Shown piece after piece: positions 1 through 6,508 of a stretch of 29,427 nt of DNA. The position numbers and the translations under genes are program-made. The stretch lies in NCBI GenBank assembly GCA_028706585.1, contig JAQTVX010000002.1, positions 1-29,427 on the forward strand. Direction: 5' to 3'. The notes under the pieces are model-generated. The model made no database searches, was not told where the DNA came from, and saw only the letters and a program-made list of their open reading frames with translations. Numbering within the stretch: the first letter of the stretch is position 1; each line of letters opens with the position of its first letter. This DNA is from Candidatus Krumholzibacteriia bacterium. Its GTDB lineage: Bacteria; Krumholzibacteriota; Krumholzibacteriia; Krumholzibacteriales; Krumholzibacteriaceae.

Positions 1-265
1 TCGGCGTCACGAATACGATTCGCGTTGCGCCCTCGAGAGCCTCGTCCATCGAGGAAGTCACGCGAATCGACCGCGGCACCGTTATGCCGGGTAGAAAGCG
101 GCGGTTTTCATGGTCGCGGCGAATCCTGTGGACGAGCTCGGGGAAGTACTCCCAGAGACGCACCGCGTGCCCGTTCCCGTCGAGGAGAATAGCGAGCGTA
201 GTTCCCCAGCTTCCCGCGCCGAGAACCGCCGTGCGAACGGATGTGCCTTGCCGCTTTGCCTTCAT
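1..265 (-). CDS. gpsA: NAD(P)H-dependent glycerol-3-phosphate dehydrogenase, N-terminal part (runs off the left edge)
   Basis: Not in the ORF track; translated by hand from ATG at 265: MKAKRQGTSVRTAVLGAGSWGTTLAILLDGNGHAVRLWEYFPELVHRIRRDHENRRFLPGITVP... It has the GpsA GAGSWGT Rossmann motif and an ENxxFLPG motif, and follows der-plsY as in the usual der-plsY-gpsA order. Confidence 0.92.
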   Translation of the reverse strand, partial: MKAKRQGTSVRTAVLGAGSWGTTLAILLDGNGHAVRLWEYFPELVHRIRRDHENRRFLPGITVPRSIRVTSSMDEALEGATRIVFVTP

Positions 266-276
266 TTCATCGCAGC

Positions 277-894
277 CTAGAAGATCTTCTTCTCCGTCCC
301 CTCGCGAAGACGCTTGATGTTCGAAGCATGCTTGACAAATACCACCGCCGCGGCAGCTACCGCGAGAATCGTCACCGAATAATGCACGTTCGCCCCCAGA
401 ACGCGGTTAGCCAGCGGTATCGAAAACGGGAGAAACGCAGCGCTCGCCATGCTCGCGATCGAGACGATACGCGTGGCCAGAAGCGTTAGGATCCAAAGGG
501 TGACGCACATCCCCAGAGCCTGAGGCGCGAGGGCCAGAAACGCCCCAGCGGTCGCGCCCACCCCTTTTCCTCCCGAAAAACGCACGAATACGGAATAGTT
601 ATGGCCGATGACGACCAGCAGCGCCGCCAGCAGCGCGAAGCCGATTCCCGGCCCTCCGAGCTTCGAGAGGAAACGGACCGCGACGAAACCCTTCCCGATG
701 TCGAACAGGAGAACCGGAAGGGCAGCCTTGAAACCGAGAACCCTGAAGGTATTCGCCGCGCCGAGATTGCCGCTCCCATGCTCCCTCAAATCGATCTTCC
801 TGAGGAGCTTCCCCATGATAAAGCTCGAGGGAATCGATCCTATAGAATAGCTGGAAAGAGCAACCAATACGATCTTGAGGAAAAGGTCCATCAT
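277..894 (-). CDS. plsY: Glycerol-3-phosphate acyltransferase PlsY
   Basis: 205-aa hydrophobic ORF with PlsY motifs GSIPSS, DLREHGSGNLGAANTFR, GHNYSVFVRFSGGKGVGAT and KHASNIKRLREGTE. Confidence 0.96.
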   Translation of the reverse strand: MMDLFLKIVLVALSSYSIGSIPSSFIMGKLLRKIDLREHGSGNLGAANTFRVLGFKAALPVLLFDIGKGFVAVRFLSKLGGPGIGFALLAALLVVIGHNYSVFVRFSGGKGVGATAGAFLALAPQALGMCVTLWILTLLATRIVSIASMASAAFLPFSIPLANRVLGANVHYSVTILAVAAAAVVFVKHASNIKRLREGTEKKIF

Positions 895-2207
895 CTCTCC
901 TTGGATTTCAGAGAGATTGTAATAGCGGTACCATCGAACGTAAACACTTTTCTTATCTGATTGTTGATATAACGTATATAAGAACGAGGAAAATAGGCGG
1001 CTTTGTTTACAAAAAGCGTGAAGGTCGGAGGCTCGGTGCCCGTCTGTGTCGCATAGTATACCTTGCCTATTCCCCCTCCGTGATAGCTCGGCGGGCTCGC
1101 ATCCACGGCTCGCTCGATGATCCTGTTGAGCTCCGAAGTCGTGATCTTGCGTTTGCGCTCCTTCTGGATGCTCATGGCGACCGGAAGTATCTTCTCCACG
1201 CGTAGCCCGGTGAGCGCCGAGATCGTGATCACGGGGGCATAGGATAGAAAGGACATGCTCTCTCGCACGGACTCAACGTAGCGATCCGCCGTTTGCGTAT
1301 CCTTCTCCACGAGATCCCATTTGTTGACGAGGACCATCATGCCCTTCCGAGCCTTGTGCCCCTCCGAAGCCACCCGGACATCCTGCCGCGATATCGGTTC
1401 GGTCGCATCGATCATGACGGCGATGATATCGGCGTTGCGCGCGCTTGAGAGGCTCTTGAGGCTCGTTATGGCCCCGAGCCCTTTCTGCGTGCGCGAGCGG
1501 CGTTTCACCCCTGCGGTGTCCACGAGGATGAACTCCTTGCCGGCGCGGCGCACGAGGATACTGACCGAATCGCGCGTGGTGCCTGGAATCTCGGAAACGA
1601 TGTTGCGCTTCTCCCCCGCCAGCGCGTTCACGAGAGAGCTCTTGCCGACATTCGGTTTTCCGACTATCGCAATCGCGAGGGGCTCCTCCCCTTCCGGCGC
1701 ACTTCTCTTCGGAAGTCGTGAAACAACCTCGTCGAGAATCTCCCCGATGCCCGATCCATGAACAGCGCTCACGGGATACGCCTCGGAGAAACCGAGACTA
1801 TGGAACTCGTGCATGCCCCATCGATCGGGATCGCTCTCAACCTTGTTGACCACGAGCACGATCTTGTCGCGCTCCCGCCGCATAGCTCGCACGAGCGATT
1901 CATCCTCGTCCGTTACCCCTGTGTCGACGTCGACGACGAGAATGACGACCGCCGCCTTGCGCGCGACCTCCTTTACGCGCTCCCGTATATCGGCGGAGAT
2001 CTGGTCCTTTACGCCCGTCGCAAACCCGCCCATATCCATGAGGAGGAACGCCACGCCGTTCCATTCGACCCGTTCCTCCACGGCATCGCGCGTAACGCCC
2101 CTTGTGGAGTGCATGATCGCTCTGCGCCGCTTCACGATCCTGTTGAACAGGGTCGATTTCCCGGCATTGGGTTTTCCAACGATCGCAACGATAGGCATAC
2201 CCTTCAT
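891..2207 (-). CDS. der: Ribosome biogenesis double GTPase Der (EngA)
   Basis: Two G domains (GKPNAGKS/GVTRD/DMGG/NKVE and GKPNVGKS/GTTRD/DTAG/NKWD) followed by a KH-like C-terminus (YYATQ..PPTFTLFVN...YIRYI.NQIR..F.F.GT.I). Confidence 0.97.
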   Translation of the reverse strand: MKGMPIVAIVGKPNAGKSTLFNRIVKRRRAIMHSTRGVTRDAVEERVEWNGVAFLLMDMGGFATGVKDQISADIRERVKEVARKAAVVILVVDVDTGVTDEDESLVRAMRRERDKIVLVVNKVESDPDRWGMHEFHSLGFSEAYPVSAVHGSGIGEILDEVVSRLPKRSAPEGEEPLAIAIVGKPNVGKSSLVNALAGEKRNIVSEIPGTTRDSVSILVRRAGKEFILVDTAGVKRRSRTQKGLGAITSLKSLSSARNADIIAVMIDATEPISRQDVRVASEGHKARKGMMVLVNKWDLVEKDTQTADRYVESVRESMSFLSYAPVITISALTGLRVEKILPVAMSIQKERKRKITTSELNRIIERAVDASPPSYHGGGIGKVYYATQTGTEPPTFTLFVNKAAYFPRSYIRYINNQIRKVFTFDGTAITISLKSKER

Positions 2208-2212
2208 CGCGC

Positions 2213-3517
2213 TTACCTCGCAGCGCAGCGTCTCATAACGCGGCTTTCGAGAAACGTTGAACGGGCGACGACCACGGGTGTTCCGAGCTCTCGCTCTATA
2301 TCAGCGGGCCGCAGATCGTCCAGAAAGAGTCCATCATGATTGAGCGCGTTCGCCGGAATAACGATGCATCCCGTCCGTTCGCGGCTTGTTTTCAACCGGC
2401 TCAGGATGTCCCGGCCGGAAAGGAGCCCCGATACATTCACACCGGGGCCGAACAGACGGTTGCGCACAACCAGAACGCTGGGTGAGACGGACGGGAGCCG
2501 CTGCGCGAGAACTGGCGCGACGTAACGGCGGATGAATCTCGCTCCGAGCGTTCCGGTCACGATCGTCATTTGCACCGTCCTCGGCCGCCTCCGAGCCAAC
2601 CGCTCGATATCCGCCTCGAGTAGTTCCAGAAAGTGACGGCACATGCCGACCCCGTTGGAGAGCTGAGGAAAATCCCCGTAGGTCGACGCGGCGGGAAGCG
2701 CCCGATTAGCCGCGAGATAGAACTCATCGGCGAGATGCACGAACGGCTCGCCCCCCGTCAAGTGCGCAAACCTCGCGCGCTCGCTGCCGGCCCATTCGAT
2801 GAGAGCCCTTTCCTCCGCCACTGTGATCCTTCGAAGCGGCGAGAGCTCCGATCGGTGCTTTGTGAGCCCCACGGGCACGATCGCAACCGATCGGCAGCCG
2901 GGATAGAGCTCGAAGAGCCTCCGCACCGTATTGCGCATCACGGGGCCGTCGTTGAGCCCCGGCACGAGGACTATCTGCGCATGCAGAGTTATACCAGCCC
3001 GTGCGAGACGGGATAGATCTCTCAGAATATCCCGTTTCATCGGCCTCGCGAATATGCGCTCGCGGATGGGCTTCGTGACGGCGTGGACCGATATGTAGAG
3101 CGGCGAGAGCCCCAGCTCGATAATCCGCGCGATGTCCCTCTCGCCTACGTCCGCGAGGGTTATGAAGTTGCCGAAAAGAAAGCTCAGGCGGTAGTCGTCG
3201 TCCTTCTCGTACAGGGATGATCGCAGGCCTTTCGGCATTTGATCCATGAAACAGAAGATGCATCTGCTCTTGCAGCGGATGAAGCGCATTCCTTCGAACA
3301 CGAGATGCGCTCTGTCGAGCTCCCTGAACGCGATAACGCGCGAGAGCAGACGCCCCTTTCGTCGTATGGTGAAACGCGCGGTCCCATCCCCCGCCGTTCG
3401 GAAAAAGAGAGCGAGCTGATCCTCGACCGACCGAGAGCCGATCCTGACGACTTCGTCTCCCGGCTTGAAAAAGCCCGTTCTACCGTCGATTCGCTCGATA
3501 CGGACACTCATAGCCAT
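2213..3517 (-). CDS. DUF512 / TIGR03279-type putative radical SAM Fe-S protein with a PDZ-like N-terminus
   Basis: CKSRCIFC (CxxxCxxC) followed by DQMPKGLRSSLYEKDDDYRLSFLFGNFITL, PLYISVHA, QIVLVPGLNDG, VPVGLTKHR and ADEFYL, all typical of this family. I moved the start to ATG 3517 (or 3511) because the track start at 3580 lies inside the tRNA. Confidence 0.85.
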   Translation of the reverse strand: MAMSVRIERIDGRTGFFKPGDEVVRIGSRSVEDQLALFFRTAGDGTARFTIRRKGRLLSRVIAFRELDRAHLVFEGMRFIRCKSRCIFCFMDQMPKGLRSSLYEKDDDYRLSFLFGNFITLADVGERDIARIIELGLSPLYISVHAVTKPIRERIFARPMKRDILRDLSRLARAGITLHAQIVLVPGLNDGPVMRNTVRRLFELYPGCRSVAIVPVGLTKHRSELSPLRRITVAEERALIEWAGSERARFAHLTGGEPFVHLADEFYLAANRALPAASTYGDFPQLSNGVGMCRHFLELLEADIERLARRRPRTVQMTIVTGTLGARFIRRYVAPVLAQRLPSVSPSVLVVRNRLFGPGVNVSGLLSGRDILSRLKTSRERTGCIVIPANALNHDGLFLDDLRPADIERELGTPVVVARSTFLESRVMRRCAAR

Positions 3518-3523
3518 TCGTGG

Positions 3524-3562
3524 AAAAGCCCCCTCGAACACCCGGCCGGGAGGGGGCCTTTG
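3524..3562 (-). terminator. Intrinsic terminator-like hairpin after tRNA-Gly
   Basis: Minus strand reads AAAGGCCCCCTC-CCGGCCGGGTGTTC-GAGGGGGCTTTT: a GC-rich stem followed by TTTT, a few nt after the tRNA CCA end. Confidence 0.7.
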
Positions 3563-3568
3563 TGTATA

Positions 3569-3644
3569 TGGAGCGGGCAACGGGATTCGAACCCGCGACT
3601 CTCAGCTTGGGAAGCTGATACTCTACCAGCTGAGCTATGCCCGC
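3569..3644 (-). tRNA. tRNA-Gly (anticodon CCC), 76 nt with encoded CCA
   Basis: Minus strand GCGGGCATAGCTCAGCTGGTAGAGTATCAGCTTCCCAAGCTGAGAGTCGCGGGTTCGAATCCCGTTGCCCGCTCCA. Acceptor stem GCGGGCA/TGCCCGC, U73 discriminator, anticodon arm TCAGC-TTCCCAA-GCTGA, T-loop GTTCGAATC. Confidence 0.97.
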
Positions 3645-3667
3645 CTGCTCGCCGATTGTGCACACCA

Positions 3668-3696
3668 AAGGTATCAGGTTGTCCGAAAAGTGTCAA
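3668..3696 (-). promoter_or_regulatory. sigma70-like promoter for tRNA-Gly
   Basis: Minus strand TTGACA (3696-3691), 17 bp, TACCTT (3673-3668), with TGn just before the -10 box. It lies 23 nt upstream of the mature tRNA. Confidence 0.75.
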
Positions 3697-3701
3697 CGCA
3701 T

Positions 3702-4628
3702 TTATCCGCTTGCGGCTTTGCGGATAAGGCACTGGGCCGACTCGAAAAGGGTCTTCTCGTCTCCTGCGAGATGATGCATTCCAGGCTCCTTCTTGAACCA
3801 GGTCACTTGACGTTTCGCGTACTGCCTGGTGAGCTCCAGGATTCGTTTCACCGTCTCGTCGAGCCCGGTCTCTCCCCGAACGTGCGCAACCATTTGCGGG
3901 TATCCGAGAGTTTTCATGCCCGGCCAATCGGGCTCGGCTCCATCCGCGAGAAGACGCTTCACCTCGTCGGGCCATCCGCGGGCGATCATGGCCAGGGTCC
4001 GCTCCTCGATGTTTCGATGGAGAGCGAGACGCGGCGGATCGATGCCCATCTTCACGAAATCGATTTCGCGTCGCTTCCGATTCGCCCGGGTCCCCTGCAT
4101 ATGTTCCCCGATCGTCTTGCCGGTGAGCGCCTGAACCTCGAGAGAGCGGATAACGCGATATCGGTCGTTGCAATGAATGCGCTCGGCGCTTTCGGGGTCG
4201 ACCGCAGCGAGCCTCGCGTGGAGAACGTCGTTCGGAACGCCCCGCAACCTTTCGGCGAAGGCGACGCGTTTCGCCGGGTCGAGCTCGATATCGAAGAAGC
4301 CTTCCGCTACCCCCCTGAAGTAGAGGCCCGAGCCGCCGACGAGGATGGGCAGTTTCCCGCGCGACGCCACATCGCGAATCGCTGCGAGCGCCAGGCCGGC
4401 AAAAAGTTCCGCATTCATCTTTTCCTGAAGATCGATAATGTCGATGAGGTGGTGCGGAATCTCGCCACGATCGGCCGCATCGGGTTTCGCCGTGCCGATG
4501 TCTATGCGCCTGTATACTTGCCGCGAGTCGACCGAGAGAATCTCGCCTCCCATGCGGCGTGCGAGCTCCATCCCCAGCCGGCTCTTGCCGGATGCCGTTG
4601 GGCCGAGAATTGCGACGGCGGTGATCAT
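3702..4628 (-). CDS. miaA: tRNA dimethylallyltransferase MiaA
   Basis: GPTASGKS, DSRQVYRRIDIGTAKP, PHHLIDI, VGGSGLY and TRQYAKRQVTWF motifs. The likely start is ATG 4628 (MITAVAIL), forming an ATGA overlap with the mutL stop. The track's first 59 aa overlap mutL. Confidence 0.96.
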   Translation of the reverse strand: MITAVAILGPTASGKSRLGMELARRMGGEILSVDSRQVYRRIDIGTAKPDAADRGEIPHHLIDIIDLQEKMNAELFAGLALAAIRDVASRGKLPILVGGSGLYFRGVAEGFFDIELDPAKRVAFAERLRGVPNDVLHARLAAVDPESAERIHCNDRYRVIRSLEVQALTGKTIGEHMQGTRANRKRREIDFVKMGIDPPRLALHRNIEERTLAMIARGWPDEVKRLLADGAEPDWPGMKTLGYPQMVAHVRGETGLDETVKRILELTRQYAKRQVTWFKKEPGMHHLAGDEKTLFESAQCLIRKAASG

Positions 4629-6382
4629 CTTTTCGTCGAAGCCGTTCTCGCGAAGCGCCGCTCCAGCTCGTTCAAGCTCACCCTGAGCATTGTCGGGCGT
4701 CCATGCGGGCATGTATAAGGAAGGGCCGTCGCGAAGAGTTGATCGGCGATGCTTTCCATCTCCTCGCCATTGAGCCTCATTCCTGCCTTGATCGCGGAAT
4801 GGCACGCGTAGGTCTTCAGAAACTCATCGATCCCGCTTCTCCCCTCCTCGCCGAGCATCTCTTCGATGAGCCGCCCGTCGTCCCAGTTTCGCACGCCGGC
4901 CGGAATCCCGCGCACGACTATTGAACGAAGGCCGAAAGGTTCAATCTCGAATCCCAGGGCGGCGAGCGTCGGCGCAAGCGTCTCATAACGCTCATACGCC
5001 TCCATGGGAAGCTCCATGGTCGCAGGAAACAAAAGCGATTGAACAACCGGCTTCCCTCCCACGAGGCTCGACTTCGCCCTGTCGAAGAGAATTCTCTCGT
5101 GCGCCGCGTGCTGATCGATGATGACCATTCCACCCCGGATCTGTATGAGAATGAAGCTCTGGTGAAGCTGCCAGTACAGGTTCCCCGGCGTAAACAGTTT
5201 TCTCGCGTCTTCCTCTCCGAACAGCGAAAGGGGCGTCTCGTGGAATTCAAATGTTCGGTCCCCTTCTCCGATATCCTGCGCCGAGCCTTCGAGGTGCCCG
5301 TGCAATCCGTACGCGGCCGTATCGGCCGACGTTTCGCCGTCACTGGACGGGAATATGCCGCGGTACGCGGATTCGACGGACTCTTCGAAGGACGGTGGGT
5401 TTCCCTTGAGCGACGCCGTGATCGACGATAGAACGAGGCGATGAATCTCTCCCTCGCCTCGAAAACGCACCTCGGCCTTCGTGGGATGAACGTTCACATC
5501 GATATCTTCCGGAGGAAGATCGAGGAAAATAACGATGGCGGGGAAACGGTCTCTTGGAATGAGGGATTCGTATGCCTGGTTGACCGCATGAGAGAGGACG
5601 CGGTCTCTTATGTATCTGCGATTGATGAAATAGAACTGCATGTAGCGGTTCGCCCGGGTTTGATCGCCGCGCGATACAAAGCCATGGATCCTCGTGCGGC
5701 CCGATGCCGATGAAACCGGGATGAGGCTCGCGAACAGCTCGGCGCCGAGGACTATCTCGGCCCGCTCCCGAAGGCTGGATGAAGGATAGGAGAGTATCTC
5801 CCTCCCATTCTCCTTCAGGATGAAAGCCGTCTCCGGGAATGAGAGGGCATACCCCTGAATAACTCCGATGATACGTCTGAGCTCCGATTGAGCGCTCCTC
5901 AGGAATTTCTTTCGCGCGGGAACATTGAAGAACAGATTCTCGACGATAACCTCGGTTCCCTGGTTCCTGACGCATGGATCGTCCTTCATGACTTCGGTTC
6001 CCCGGTATGAAAGCTCGCGGCCCAGATCCTCCCTTCCCGCCCGCGAGCGGATCGTCAGCGCACTGACCGAGCGGATGCTGGCTAGCGCCTCCCCCCTGAA
6101 GCCGAGGGTGTTGACCCTGGAGATGTCATCCACACGCTCTATCTTGCTCGTCGAGAAGCTCTCGACCGCGAGCGGAAGCTCCGCCGATGGAATGCCGGTC
6201 CCGTTGTCTTCGATCCCAATCCGTGTTTTTCCGCCGTCGACGAGATCGATCGAAATCCGTGTCGCTCCCGCATCAAGCGAATTTTCAATGAGTTCCTTCA
6301 GCGCGCTCGACGGCCGTTCGATGACTTCACCTGCAGCGATTGTCGTTGCCACTTCGGGGGGCAATTTATGTATCGGGGCCAC
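4625..6382 (-). CDS. mutL: DNA mismatch repair endonuclease MutL
   Basis: IAAGEVIERP..ALKELIENSLDAGAT, DNGTGI, TLGFRGEALASI and DVNVHPTKAEVRF. The C-terminal endonuclease motifs are DQHAAHER, ACH and CPHGRP, and the clamp-binding motif is QSLLFP. GTG start after GGAGG. Confidence 0.97.
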   Translation of the reverse strand: MAPIHKLPPEVATTIAAGEVIERPSSALKELIENSLDAGATRISIDLVDGGKTRIGIEDNGTGIPSAELPLAVESFSTSKIERVDDISRVNTLGFRGEALASIRSVSALTIRSRAGREDLGRELSYRGTEVMKDDPCVRNQGTEVIVENLFFNVPARKKFLRSAQSELRRIIGVIQGYALSFPETAFILKENGREILSYPSSSLRERAEIVLGAELFASLIPVSSASGRTRIHGFVSRGDQTRANRYMQFYFINRRYIRDRVLSHAVNQAYESLIPRDRFPAIVIFLDLPPEDIDVNVHPTKAEVRFRGEGEIHRLVLSSITASLKGNPPSFEESVESAYRGIFPSSDGETSADTAAYGLHGHLEGSAQDIGEGDRTFEFHETPLSLFGEEDARKLFTPGNLYWQLHQSFILIQIRGGMVIIDQHAAHERILFDRAKSSLVGGKPVVQSLLFPATMELPMEAYERYETLAPTLAALGFEIEPFGLRSIVVRGIPAGVRNWDDGRLIEEMLGEEGRSGIDEFLKTYACHSAIKAGMRLNGEEMESIADQLFATALPYTCPHGRPTMLRVSLNELERRFARTASTKR

Positions 6383-6450
6383 CGCGTCCTCCGCAGCTAA
6401 TGCTTCTCGGCCGGGCTTTGCTCGGGAGTGCCGTCAAAATGTTCAACGTG

Positions 6451-6479
6451 AAAATATCACGGGCATCGGCAATACGCAA
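6451..6479 (-). promoter_or_regulatory. Candidate sigma70-like promoter for mutL-miaA
   Basis: Minus strand TTGCGT (6479-6474), 17 bp, TATTTT (6456-6451), with an extended TGn. Confidence 0.45.
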
Positions 6480-6508
6480 TGCGCAAAAGAATGGAGGGGA
6501 CTGAACGA

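Noticed and set aside
2024-2035. DMGG instead of the usual DTGG in Der G-domain 1
   Set aside because: It still satisfies the G3 consensus DxxG, and the other G motifs are intact.
3569-3644. tRNA-Gly as an island integration site
   Set aside because: I found no duplicated tRNA 3' end elsewhere in the window and no adjacent integrase, and the flanks are core genes.
3465-4718. 417-aa plus-strand ORF
   Set aside because: It lies antisense to miaA and across the tRNA gene and has no recognisable motifs. Long shadow ORFs are expected opposite GC-rich genes.
6440-6456. TTCA-CGT-TGAA mini-palindrome near mutL as an SOS box
   Set aside because: It is only 4+4 bp and does not match the LexA boxes I know (CTGT-N8-ACAG, GAAC-N4-GTTC, GTTC-N7-GTTC). 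I saw no convincing SOS box at uvrC either.
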